Shown here piece after piece: positions 54,798 to 64,000 of a stretch of 64,000 nt of DNA. Origin of the DNA: Spirulina sp. (GTDB lineage Bacteria > Cyanobacteriota > Cyanobacteriia > Phormidesmidales > Phormidesmidaceae); assembly GCA_044070495.1 (NCBI GenBank), contig JBIPSI010000010.1:64001-128000 (forward strand). Direction: 5' to 3'. Every line of letters starts with the position of its first letter. Positions within the stretch are counted from its first letter, which is position 1. Position numbers and translations under genes: made by a program. The notes under the pieces were generated by a model that was not told where the DNA came from, did not search any database, and worked only from the letters and a program-made list of their open reading frames with translations.

Positions 54798-55424
54798 CTA
54801 ATCATCACCTGTTGCATCGAAATAGCACATCCTCATAGCCGCACATACATCACTCTGAAAGCAGGTGTCGCACATGTAGAACTGCAACCAAGTCCTACCG
54901 ATTTCATCCAGATACTGACTTTGCGTAGATGTTTGGTTTATGAATTTTTCTGGAACTGGCTTATCAAAAAGATTGATAATAATTTCTCTTGTCTTCTCAT
55001 AGTTGCCAGTATCAATGTGAATTGCTGCGATCAAAGCCTCAAACGTTTCTCCTAATACAGACGCCTGGCTTTGAATTCCTTGTTTTCTCTCGCCTGCTCC
55101 AAGACGAATAAATTTTGCAAGGCCAAGTTCTTCAAACATCCTACCCAGACTTTCTCGTTTTTCAAGCTCCATCTTTTTATTGGTAATTGATTCGCGGCTG
55201 TCATAGCCTTGTTGAATCAGCATCTCAACCAGAGACGCCTTTAAGATAACGTCACCAAGAATCCGATATAATTCTTGATCTTTGCAATCTTGCCCTCGTT
55301 GTTTTTGCTCCTGCGCGAATGCTTTTCGAGTTAGCGCTTGAATGAGTAGATTTTTATCTTTAAAGGTGTAGTTTAGACGTTGCTCCAAAAATTCAATATC
55401 TTCAGGTTCCATTGCTAAATCCAT
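54798..55424 (-). CDS. RNase III catalytic-domain protein, atypical and lacking a dsRBD
   Basis: LEQRLNYTFKDKNLLIQALT, ILGDVIL, LGETFEALIAAIHID. Confidence 0.75.
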   Translation of the reverse strand: MDLAMEPEDIEFLEQRLNYTFKDKNLLIQALTRKAFAQEQKQRGQDCKDQELYRILGDVILKASLVEMLIQQGYDSRESITNKKMELEKRESLGRMFEELGLAKFIRLGAGERKQGIQSQASVLGETFEALIAAIHIDTGNYEKTREIIINLFDKPVPEKFINQTSTQSQYLDEIGRTWLQFYMCDTCFQSDVCAAMRMCYFDATGDD

Positions 55425-55474
55425 CTGCTAAATATCGCTCATAATCAGTTAATACACATTTTAACCTTGCAAGT

Positions 55475-56773
55475 ATGGAATTCCTGTCTACAGACCACCT
55501 GATGGCCTTAGATCGGCAGCATGTGTGGCACCCCTATGCGCCGATGCCAAATACGGGGCCAACCTTCCCGATCCGTTCGGCCCAAGGGGTTTATTTGGAG
55601 CTAGAAACCGGAGAGCGCTTGGTGGATGGTATGTCCTCCTGGTGGACCTGTATTCACGGCTATAACCATCCCCAATTGAATCAGGCCGCTATCGACCAGA
55701 TGGGACGGATGAGCCATGTGATGTTTGGCGGCTTAACCCATCAGCCCGCCGTGCAGTTGGCGAAGCGATTGGTTGATCTGACTCCAGCACCGCTTCAGCA
55801 TGTGTTTTTCTGTGATTCTGGCTCGGTGGCGGTGGAGGTGGCGATGAAGATGGCCATCCAGTATTGGTACAACCAGGGCCAGCCGCAAAAGCAGCATTTT
55901 TTGACGATTCGCAACGGCTACCACGGTGACACCTTTGCGGCCATGGCGGTGTGTGACCCGGTGAACGGAATGCACCACCTGTTTCGCAATAGTTTGGTAG
56001 AACAGTATTTTGCCGATGCTCCCCAAATTCCCGTTGATGGCGACTGGCAGGAGGCGGATATTGCCAGTTTTGCCGATATTTTGGAGCGTCATCACCAAGA
56101 CCTAGCGGCGGCCATTTTTGAGCCCGTGGTGCAGGGGGCCGGGGGAATGCGGTTCTACAGCCCGCAATACGTCAAACGGGCGCGGGAACTCTGCGATCAG
56201 TACGGTGTACTGCTGATTTTGGATGAAATTGCTACAGGTTTTGGCCGTACGGGCAAGCGCTTTGCCTGCGACTATGCCCAAGTGGCCCCCGATTTGATGT
56301 GTGTGGGTAAGGCGCTAACGGGGGGCTTTATGTCCCTAGCGGCGACCCTGGCGACAACGGAAATTAGCCAAACCTTTGCCCAGGGAGAGGCGGGTGTCTT
56401 TATGCATGGGCCAACCTTTATGGCCAATCCCCTGGCCTGTGCCGTGGCCCTAGCCAGCTTGGATATTCTAGACAAGGGCGACTGGGTGGGGCAGGTGCAC
56501 CGGATTGAAGCCCAACTGCGGCAGGAACTCGCGCCCTGTCGAGCGTTCCCATCTGTAAAAGACGTGCGGGTGCTGGGGGCGATTGGAGTGGTAGAACTGC
56601 ATCAGCCCGTGGATATGGCGGTGGTGCAGCCTCGGTTTGTGCAGCGGGGAGTGTGGCTGCGGCCCTTTGGGCGGTTGATTTACACGATGCCGCCCTACAT
56701 CATTGAGCCAGATCAACTGAGGCGGATTACTGAGGCGGTTGTGACGATTACCCAACAACTCACCACCCCCTAG
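55475..56773 (+). CDS. bioA: Adenosylmethionine-8-amino-7-oxononanoate aminotransferase
   Basis: WHPY, DGMSSWW, DSGSVAVEVAMK, GYHGDT, DEIATGFGRTG, GKALTGG, HGPTFMANP. Confidence 0.95.
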   Translation: MEFLSTDHLMALDRQHVWHPYAPMPNTGPTFPIRSAQGVYLELETGERLVDGMSSWWTCIHGYNHPQLNQAAIDQMGRMSHVMFGGLTHQPAVQLAKRLVDLTPAPLQHVFFCDSGSVAVEVAMKMAIQYWYNQGQPQKQHFLTIRNGYHGDTFAAMAVCDPVNGMHHLFRNSLVEQYFADAPQIPVDGDWQEADIASFADILERHHQDLAAAIFEPVVQGAGGMRFYSPQYVKRARELCDQYGVLLILDEIATGFGRTGKRFACDYAQVAPDLMCVGKALTGGFMSLAATLATTEISQTFAQGEAGVFMHGPTFMANPLACAVALASLDILDKGDWVGQVHRIEAQLRQELAPCRAFPSVKDVRVLGAIGVVELHQPVDMAVVQPRFVQRGVWLRPFGRLIYTMPPYIIEPDQLRRITEAVVTITQQLTTP

Positions 56774-56871
56774 GTTGTGGTTAGCGTAGAAACCGGGTTT
56801 CTATATCGGCGTTCTAGGGGGAACGTCATATCAGCGTAGTATGAAGGCATAGCGGCTTACGGATTCTTTTT

Positions 56872-57783
56872 ATGGCTATGACGGTCACGATTGCCTACCT
56901 AGGCCCCGAAGGCACCTACTCTCAGTTGGCCGCCCTAGCCTACAGCCTAGAGCTAGAGCGCCAACAAAAGATTCCCGTGACGTTGCGGGCTTTTCCTAGC
57001 ATCCCAAAAGCCATGCAGGCCACCGCCGATGGAGAAACCACGCTCACCATCGTACCCGTTGAAAACTCGATTGAGGGCGGCGTTACCACCACCCTCGATA
57101 CCCTGTGGCGGCTAGAAACCCTACGGGTGCATCGCGCCCTAGTGATGCCCATTCGCCACGGGTTTCTTTCCTATGCCCCCGATCTTGGCCACATTCGCAC
57201 CGTTTATTCCCATCCCCAAGCCCTGTCTCAATGTCAAAACTGGCTAGAACGCCAGGTTCCCCAGGCCGCCTTAGTGCCCACCAGTTCTACCACCGAAGCC
57301 CTTCAGCATTTGGCTGACAACCCCAACATTGGGGCGATTTCATCGGAATGGGCCGCCCAACTCTACGACCTACCCATTCTCGCCCACGACATCAATGATC
57401 TCGCCGACAATTGCACAAAATTTTGGGTATTAGGGCCACCCAATAGCGTCGTCGCACAACCTACAGGCACCTATACATCCCTGGCATTTACGCTACCGAT
57501 TAATGCCCCAGGGGCGCTGCTCAAGCCCCTACAGGTGTTTGCCCACCACGCCATTAACCTCAGCCGGATTGAATCCCGGCCTGCGAAGCGGGCTTTAGGC
57601 GATTACCTCTTTTTTGTGGATTTAGAGGCTGACTGTCATCAAGATAAAACCCTCAAGGCTATCGCAGAACTCAAGCTCTGTACCGAACAACTCATGGACT
57701 TCGGTAGCTACGATTTAGTGATGGTTAACGGCGACCTAACGGCAGCTAAAACTAAGTGCAACGCGGATTCATCGAAAAACTAG
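56872..57783 (+). CDS. pheA: Prephenate dehydratase
   Basis: YLGPEGTYS, PVENSIEG, SHPQAL, NCTKF, NLSRIESRP. Confidence 0.93.
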   Translation: MAMTVTIAYLGPEGTYSQLAALAYSLELERQQKIPVTLRAFPSIPKAMQATADGETTLTIVPVENSIEGGVTTTLDTLWRLETLRVHRALVMPIRHGFLSYAPDLGHIRTVYSHPQALSQCQNWLERQVPQAALVPTSSTTEALQHLADNPNIGAISSEWAAQLYDLPILAHDINDLADNCTKFWVLGPPNSVVAQPTGTYTSLAFTLPINAPGALLKPLQVFAHHAINLSRIESRPAKRALGDYLFFVDLEADCHQDKTLKAIAELKLCTEQLMDFGSYDLVMVNGDLTAAKTKCNADSSKN

Positions 57784-57933
57784 TTAAAGTAGGCCCACCA
57801 CCGATAGGTTAGAGACAATTGAATGCGCTTGCTTGCTTTGAGATAACGGATCGAAAGATAGATAAAATAAAAGCCTAATTTTTGTCTCCAATCATCGATG
57901 GAAGGATTGGCAAAGCGATCAAAAGTCCCCGCC

Positions 57934-58048
57934 GCCCTCACCCCCAGCCCCTCTCCCAGAAGGGCGTTCGCGAAGCGTCTCCGCAGGAGAAGGGGAGCCG
58001 GAAGTCCTTCAAAGTCCCTCTCCCATGTTGGGAGAGGGATTTAGGGTG
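57934..58048 (+). repeat. Dispersed multi-hairpin repeat (copy A) containing a 24-nt insert at 57967-57990
   Basis: Aligns with the reverse complement of 60007-60104 apart from the extra TTCGCGAAGCGTCTCCGCAGGAGA. Confidence 0.75.
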
Positions 58049-58203
58049 TAGCTTGCTTCCTGTTAGGGTGGGCTGGATCTCGGTAACAGAGCATGTTTGT
58101 GATCTACTGAGCCTAGTTAAAGGCAACTCACCAAAGCCAGATTGGCGCTACACATGGATTCTAAGCAGAGTTCTTATGAGGATCGCAGCCTGTTAACAGG
58201 TGA

Positions 58204-58509
58204 CTATAGGCTCCCTTCCACCCTGGCATTAAAGCCGTAGACTTTACGTTCTCCGGCGAGGGCAACGAGGGTGACGGTGCGCTCATCCCCTGGTTCAAAA
58301 CGAACGGCGGTGCCAGCGGGAATGTCTAGGCGCATACCTCGCGCTTGATCTCGGTCGAAGCTGAGGGCAGCGTTGACTTCGTAAAAGTGAAAGTGGGATC
58401 CGACTTGGATAGGGCGATCTCCCGTATTGGCTACCGTTAGGGTCGCGGTAGGTTTTCCAGCGTTCAGTTCAATCTCGCCTGCGGCGGGCAGCAGTTCTCC
58501 GGGAATCAT
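58204..58509 (-). CDS. ureB: Urease beta subunit
   Basis: [35 protein letters not shown]. Confidence 0.97.
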   Translation of the reverse strand: MIPGELLPAAGEIELNAGKPTATLTVANTGDRPIQVGSHFHFYEVNAALSFDRDQARGMRLDIPAGTAVRFEPGDERTVTLVALAGERKVYGFNARVEGSL

Positions 58510-59570
58510 CCTTTACCTCCTAGGTTGGCAATTAAATCTTGACGCTTTTGGTGCATGGCCCGTTCGATCAGGGGCAGGGCTTCTTCGATTTCCCGCCGAG
58601 CTACCCCTTCGGCCCCGGCTTCCAGGAATTGATTCAGGGCAATCACATGGGCGGTTTCGAGGGCAATTTCCGTCGGTACTTTTACGTCGGGGATAACTCC
58701 GGTGCCGTCCCAGTTTTTCCCCGTCACGGGGTTGATGGCCTGCCCCGTAGGCATGAACACCCAAAAGTGATCGTGGAGCCAGAAGCCTCGGCCTGGATTC
58801 GCTCCGCCCCGCGTGGTTTCGCCGACGATGGTGGCCCGCTGGCGGGTTTGTAGGTTGTAGGCAAATTCTTCGGCAGCGGAGAAGGTAGCGGGACTGGTGA
58901 GCACGAACACAGGTTTATTTAAGTACCGTGGCCCCGGCAGGTGGGGAATCGTCCACCACTGATGGGTTTCGTCGGTTTCGCTCCAGTACAGGTCGTTGAG
59001 GTGGGTGGCGGGATGGGCTGGGAACAGGTAGCTACACAAAAACGCCACCGCCGCTGGAGAACCGCCCTGGTTGTGGCGCAGGTCAAACATCAGGGCATCG
59101 GTGTGGGCCACCAGGGTCATGGCAGCGGCGAGAACATTTCCGGCAAATTCCGGTGGCTCGAAGCTAAAAAGCTGAATGTAGCCCACGTTTCCCGGTAGGC
59201 GTTCTACTTTGTTGAGGTCGAAGTTGCGGTGACGGCTGGCCTGCTGTTGGCGGGTCAGTTCCTCAGCGGTGGGTTCGGCCTGGGGCTCAATGTGGGGCAG
59301 GGGCACTGGGCTAAAGTGAAGCCGCAGGTTTTGATCTTGGCTGAGGGCTTGAAGCTGGGCGGTGAGGGTATCGGCTAGTTGTTGGCCGCCGTTGATGTCG
59401 CGGTAACCTCCGCTGTCTAACCGCTGCTCCAGATCGGCCTGGATTTTCTCCGCCACTGCTGGAAACACATAGCTATCCAACTGGGCCACCAATGCGCCAA
59501 TCACCGCCTCCACATCGTTGGGTTGAAGGGGGAAATCTGTGGCGGAAGCTTTGGGAACGGAGGGAGCCAT
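58506..59570 (-). CDS. S41-family peptidase with an IRBP-like N-domain
   Basis: [42 protein letters not shown]. Confidence 0.88.
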   Translation of the reverse strand: MAPSVPKASATDFPLQPNDVEAVIGALVAQLDSYVFPAVAEKIQADLEQRLDSGGYRDINGGQQLADTLTAQLQALSQDQNLRLHFSPVPLPHIEPQAEPTAEELTRQQQASRHRNFDLNKVERLPGNVGYIQLFSFEPPEFAGNVLAAAMTLVAHTDALMFDLRHNQGGSPAAVAFLCSYLFPAHPATHLNDLYWSETDETHQWWTIPHLPGPRYLNKPVFVLTSPATFSAAEEFAYNLQTRQRATIVGETTRGGANPGRGFWLHDHFWVFMPTGQAINPVTGKNWDGTGVIPDVKVPTEIALETAHVIALNQFLEAGAEGVARREIEEALPLIERAMHQKRQDLIANLGGKG

Positions 59571-59642
59571 ACCAGTTAGAGCAAAGAGCAAGGAATTCAG
59601 GTGGAGCGGGGGGGGAGACCGTCCTAGGTCGCAAGGCCAACC

Positions 59643-59945
59643 CTAGCGAATCGGGGCATGAACGGTGACTAGCTTAGTGCCGTCGGGAAAAGTCGCTTCC
59701 ACTTGGACTTCGTGGATCATCTCCGCTACCCCGTCCATCACGTCCTCGCGGCTGAGCAGCGTGGTGCCGTAGCTCATCAGTTCCGCCACGGTGCGGCCAT
59801 CCCGTGCCCCTTCCAAAATGGCCGCCGAAATGTAGGCGACCGCCTCTGGATGGTTGAGCTTCAGCCCTCGATTTTTGCGCCGTTCCGCCACCAGGGCAGC
59901 GGTAAAAATCAGCAGCTTGTCTTTTTCTTGGGGGGTCAGTTGCAT
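59643..59945 (-). CDS. ureA: Urease gamma subunit
   Basis: [31 protein letters not shown]. Confidence 0.97.
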   Translation of the reverse strand: MQLTPQEKDKLLIFTAALVAERRKNRGLKLNHPEAVAYISAAILEGARDGRTVAELMSYGTTLLSREDVMDGVAEMIHEVQVEATFPDGTKLVTVHAPIR

Positions 59946-60006
59946 GGGCCTAGCTCAAGGGACAGAAAGCGAGAATGGGGTTGGTCATCGGTGACTAAAT
60001 GCGGTG

Positions 60007-60104
60007 GCCCTCACCCTAAACCCCTCTCCCAGTTTGGGAGAGGGACTTTGAGATCGCTTTCCGGCTCCCCTCTCCTCCCTGGGAGCGGGGAGGGGGGTGA
60101 GGGC
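60007..60104 (-). repeat. Dispersed multi-hairpin repeat (copy B)
   Basis: GCCCTCACCCTAAACCCCTCTCCC...GGGAGAGGGACTTTGA...GGGGTGAGGGC. Confidence 0.75.
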
Positions 60105-60300
60105 TATCTACGGCAAAAACGATGGGTTTTCCCTGCAACTCAGTGTACCAAACGCCGCCCATTTCAGGCTGTACGGGGATCTTCGACCGCGACGGCCCGG
60201 TCGGTTAAAACAGTTTGTAACAAAATGGACATACACCGACCAAAATCAGAGTAGTCTTATGCTCATGCTGTGATTCAACCGTGAGAAGGAGAAAACTCCG

Positions 60301-60408
60301 ATGGCTGCTGCGTTTCTACCCTCGATTCTGGTTCCTCTGGTGGGCATTGTTTTTCCCGCTGCGGCAATGGCCTTCCTATTTCTTTACATTGAGCGCGAAG
60401 AAGCTTAG
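60301..60408 (+). CDS. psaI: Photosystem I subunit VIII
   Basis: Manual translation [43 protein letters not shown]. Confidence 0.93.
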   Translation: MAAAFLPSILVPLVGIVFPAAAMAFLFLYIEREEA

Positions 60409-60446
60409 GGTTTCGTTAAAACTCGCTCGTCAAAAAATGCAAGCTA

Positions 60447-60477
60447 GGCCGTTTCCTGATTTGGGGGCGGCTTTTTT
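60447..60477 (+). terminator. Intrinsic terminator after psaI
   Basis: GCCGTTTCC-TGATTT-GGGGGCGGC followed by TTTTTT. Confidence 0.6.
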
Positions 60478-60738
60478 GTCGGCCATGCCACACGTGCTAC
60501 GTTCACCATCACCCTAGAAACCCCAAACTACAAATACAGAAGGCTAAAAATACAGAAAGCTAAAACTCAGATTTATCAACCTAAGCCCCGCCCCCCGTAC
60601 GGGCGCACCGCTGTGCGCCCCAGCCCTTTTAACTTCCGTTAAATCGTGTCCTAAGCCACAATTCTTGCGTTCTGAGTTTGATCTGATAGGGTTATAGTCG
60701 CTGCCTGTCACTTATTGGAGCCTGAGGTCTACCCATCC

Positions 60739-63291
60739 ATGGACAACACTGCCACCACCGATGCCGCTGTCGCCATTGCCCTAGCTGGGGAACGCACAGG
60801 TTCGAGCATTGACAGCATTAAGCGGGCGTTTTTGAACAATTTGTTCTTTGTGCAGGGCAAGCCCGTGGCCTTGGCGACCCAACACGACTACTACATGGCC
60901 CTGGCCTACTTGGTGCGGGATCGGATGCTGCACCGCTGGAACACCACCGCCGAGCGCTATACCCAGCAAGGGGCGCGGACAGTCTGCTATCTGTCGGCGG
61001 AGTTTTTAATGGGGCCGCACCTGGGCAACAACCTGATTAATCTGGGCCTATATAACGAAGTCAAGCAGGCAATTGAGGAACTGGGCCTCGACTTTGATGA
61101 GTTACTCGCCCAAGAAGAGGAACCGGGGCTAGGTAATGGTGGCCTAGGGCGTTTGGCGGCGTGCTATTTGGACTCCATGGCGTCCCTAGAAATTCCTTCC
61201 CTAGGCTACGGAATTCGCTACGAGTTCGGCATTTTTCACCAGGATGTTAAGGACGGCTGGCAGGTGGAGCGCACCGACAAATGGCTGCGCAACGGTAACC
61301 CCTGGGAGGTGGTGCGTCCCGAATGGGCGGTGGAGGTGAAGTTCGGTGGCCACACCGAAACCTACACCGACGACCAAGGCCGATACCGGGTGCGCTGGGT
61401 GCCGGAGCGGGAGGTGCTGGGCGTTCCCTACGATACGCCAATCCTGGGCTACCAGGTAAACACGGCCAACACCCTGCGCCTGTGGAAGGCCGAGGCCATT
61501 GAATCCTTTGATTTTGAGGTATTCAACCAGGGCAACTACTACGGCGCGGTGGAGCAAAAGGTGTCCTCCGAGAACCTGACTAAGGTGCTCTACCCCAACG
61601 ACGACAACCAGGCGGGCAAAAAACTGCGCCTAGAGCAGCAAATTTTCTTTGTCTCCTGTTCCTTGCAGGACATGTTCCGCATCCTTCAGGGCCAGGGGTT
61701 GCCCGTTGAGAAATTCCACGAAAAGTTTGCCATTCAGCTCAATGACACCCACCCCGCCATCGCCTCAGCGGAACTGATGCGTCTGCTGCTGGATGAGTAT
61801 GGCCTGGATTGGACGCTGGCCTGGGAAATCACCCAAAAAACCTTCGCCTACACCAACCACACCCTGCTGCCCGAAGCCCTAGAAAAATGGCCAATCAGCC
61901 TCTTCGGCAAGCTGCTGCCCCGCCATCTGGAAATCATTTACGAAATCAACCGCCGCTTTTTGGAACTGGTGCGGATGCGCTTCCCCAAGGATGCGGCCCG
62001 ACTGGCCCGGATGTCCCTCATTGACGAAAGCGGCGAGCGCTACGTGCGGATGGCCAACCTGGCCTGCGTCAGCAGCCACACCATCAACGGCGTTGCCGCC
62101 CTGCACAGCGAACTGCTGAAGCAAACCGTGCTGCGGGATTTCTACGAACTATTCCCGGAAAAATTCTGCAACGTCACCAACGGCGTTACCCCCCGCCGCT
62201 GGGTGGTGCTCAGCAATCCTCGCCTCAGCACGTTGATCACCAGCCGCATTGGCGACCGCTGGATCAAGCACCTCGACGAACTCAAACAGCTCGAACCCCT
62301 GGCCGACGATAGCGGCTTCCGGCAAGAATGGCACGACATCAAGCAGGCGGTGAAGCGTGACCTGTCCAGCCGCATCCACGACCAGTTCGGCATTTTGGTC
62401 GATCCGGCCTCCCTGTTTGACGTACAGGTGAAGCGCATCCACGAATACAAGCGCCAACACCTCAACGTGCTCCACATTGTCACCCTCTACAGCCAGCTCA
62501 AGCAAAACCCCAACCTGGAAATCACCCCCCGCACCTTCATCTTTGGCGGCAAGGCGGCTCCGGGCTATTGGATGGCCAAGCTGATGATCAAGCTGATCAC
62601 CGCCGTGGGCGACATGGTGAACAAAGACCCCGACCTGCACAACAAGCTGAAGGTAATCTTCCTGCCCAACTACAACGTCACCAACAGCCAGCGGATTTAT
62701 CCGGCCTCAGATTTGTCGGAGCAAATTTCCACCGCTGGCTACGAGGCATCGGGCACGGGCAACATGAAGTTTGCCATGAACGGTGCCCTCACCATCGGCA
62801 CCTTGGATGGGGCCAACATCGAAATCCGTGATGCCGTGGGGGCCGACAACTTCTTCCTGTTTGGCCTTACCGCCGACCAGGTGGTGGATCTTAAGGCCCA
62901 GGGCTACAACCCCTACGCCTACTACCAAGCCAACCCCCTACTCAAAGACGCCATTGACCTGATCGCCTCCGGCCATTTCTCCCACGGCGATGGCGATCTG
63001 TTCAAGCCCCTGCTCGACAAGCTGCTTTACCACGACCCATACCTGTTGCTGGCGGATTATCAGTCCTACCTAGACTGCCAGCAAACCGTGGGCGAAGCCT
63101 ACAGCCGCACCGACGACTGGACACGCATGGCCATCCTCAACGCCATCCGCATGGGCATGTTCTCCTCCGACCGATCCATCCGCGACTACTGCGACGGCAT
63201 CTGGAAAGCCTCGCCCCTGCCCATCACCCTCACCGAATACACCGAAGGCGACTTTGGCCTAGGGAATGAGCTGACCTGCCGAATTGGGTAA
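60739..63291 (+). CDS. glgP: Glycogen/alpha-glucan phosphorylase
   Basis: GLGNGGLGRLAAC, NDTHP, TNGVTPRRW, KRIHEYKRQ, EASGTGNMK. Confidence 0.97.
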   Translation: MDNTATTDAAVAIALAGERTGSSIDSIKRAFLNNLFFVQGKPVALATQHDYYMALAYLVRDRMLHRWNTTAERYTQQGARTVCYLSAEFLMGPHLGNNLINLGLYNEVKQAIEELGLDFDELLAQEEEPGLGNGGLGRLAACYLDSMASLEIPSLGYGIRYEFGIFHQDVKDGWQVERTDKWLRNGNPWEVVRPEWAVEVKFGGHTETYTDDQGRYRVRWVPEREVLGVPYDTPILGYQVNTANTLRLWKAEAIESFDFEVFNQGNYYGAVEQKVSSENLTKVLYPNDDNQAGKKLRLEQQIFFVSCSLQDMFRILQGQGLPVEKFHEKFAIQLNDTHPAIASAELMRLLLDEYGLDWTLAWEITQKTFAYTNHTLLPEALEKWPISLFGKLLPRHLEIIYEINRRFLELVRMRFPKDAARLARMSLIDESGERYVRMANLACVSSHTINGVAALHSELLKQTVLRDFYELFPEKFCNVTNGVTPRRWVVLSNPRLSTLITSRIGDRWIKHLDELKQLEPLADDSGFRQEWHDIKQAVKRDLSSRIHDQFGILVDPASLFDVQVKRIHEYKRQHLNVLHIVTLYSQLKQNPNLEITPRTFIFGGKAAPGYWMAKLMIKLITAVGDMVNKDPDLHNKLKVIFLPNYNVTNSQRIYPASDLSEQISTAGYEASGTGNMKFAMNGALTIGTLDGANIEIRDAVGADNFFLFGLTADQVVDLKAQGYNPYAYYQANPLLKDAIDLIASGHFSHGDGDLFKPLLDKLLYHDPYLLLADYQSYLDCQQTVGEAYSRTDDWTRMAILNAIRMGMFSSDRSIRDYCDGIWKASPLPITLTEYTEGDFGLGNELTCRIG

Positions 63292-63625
63292 GGTTAGGGA
63301 GTAAGGGTTAGGGATTAGAGGGGGCATGGTTCGCCACCGATTCTTTCTTCCCTCGCCCTATCCCGTAGCTATCGTAACGGACGGGGCAAGGCCGCTTTCT
63401 TACAATGGCCACAGTAGCGTTAATGTCAAGATTCACTAACCGGAAAGCTTCCGAGCCCTCTGTTTTTAGGTTTCCTTGCTAACATCAGCGATACTAGGCC
63501 CAAAAGGCCAATGAATCAAACCCTTAAATCCAACCTTTCAATCCAAGCCTTAAATCCACCCTTTACCTCTAACCCAGCTCTGGACGGCTGGGTTTTTTCT
63601 TGCTTATTTGGCCTCAGTCCAACCG

Positions 63626-64000
63626 CTAGCCCTTGGCCGGTGCGCCACCCATCCGGATTTCGGAGCAGAAGGAGGCCATCTGTTCGGCATCGCCCACCTT
63701 AAACACGCTGGTGCGCATCCGCAAATTGGGGTTCACAAACCACAGCCGTTCTTGAATGGTGCCGTCGGGGGTTTGGGTGGTGAGGGTCAGCACTTCGTTG
63801 TCTAGGCCATATTCGCCTTGGGCCACGGGTTCCTTGGGGTTGGCTTGAAGCACAATGCCCGTCCCGTTTTCCCCAGGGTGCAGCATTGCCATGAGCGTTG
63901 TGCGTTGGGTATTGCTGGTGTCGCCATCCATGCGGCTGTCTTGATCGACCTTGAGGCCACAGGCAATGTGGCTGGGGTCTTGGCCCTGGGCTTCACACAG
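63626..64000 (-). CDS. CpcS/CpcU-type phycobiliprotein lyase, C-terminal part; 5' end outside the window
   Basis: ERLWFVNPNLRMRTS and ASFCSEIRMG; frame open to the window end. Confidence 0.8.
   Translation of the reverse strand: MCEAQGQDPSHIACGLKVDQDSRMDGDTSNTQRTTLMAMLHPGENGTGIVLQANPKEPVAQGEYGLDNEVLTLTTQTPDGTIQERLWFVNPNLRMRTSVFKVGDAEQMASFCSEIRMGGAPAKG

Noticed and set aside
60532..60570. 16-nt direct repeat AAATACAGAA(G/A)GCTAA, two and a half copies
   Set aside because: Too short and spacer-less to be an array; likely a local duplication

Overview
Chromosomal segment of a cyanobacterium, probably a GC-rich filamentous Leptolyngbya/Nodosilinea-like lineage (inferred from gene content and codon style, not from a search). 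Most of it is core genes: ubiD, groES-groEL with CIRCE and K-box, a non-str-operon fusA paralog, DAHP synthase, chlD, cpcBA-C-C-D-E-F, ndhCKJ, rubA-ycf48-psbEFLJ, rne-rnhB, asd-dapA-rnj, tig-clpP-clpX, bioA, pheA, ureA/ureB, psaI, glgP and a CpcS/U-type lyase. No rRNA, tRNA, CRISPR array, integrase or transposase was recognised. The most unusual accessory items are: (1) a STAND-like ATPase gene paired with a membrane-anchored TPR protein built from near-identical 120-bp repeats; (2) a low-GC, dsRBD-less RNase III-like gene with an altered signature and a Cys-rich tail; (3) a soluble class III cyclase fused to three copies of an unrecognised helical domain; (4) an orphan phage-type lysozyme with an N-terminal extension; (5) an S41 peptidase wedged between ureA and ureB, bracketed by inverted copies of a dispersed repeat; (6) nested miniature repeats, including 24-27 nt insertions after GCG; (7) an apparent near-absence of HIP1/CGATCG. 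All annotation is by motif recognition by eye; no database searches or counts were run.
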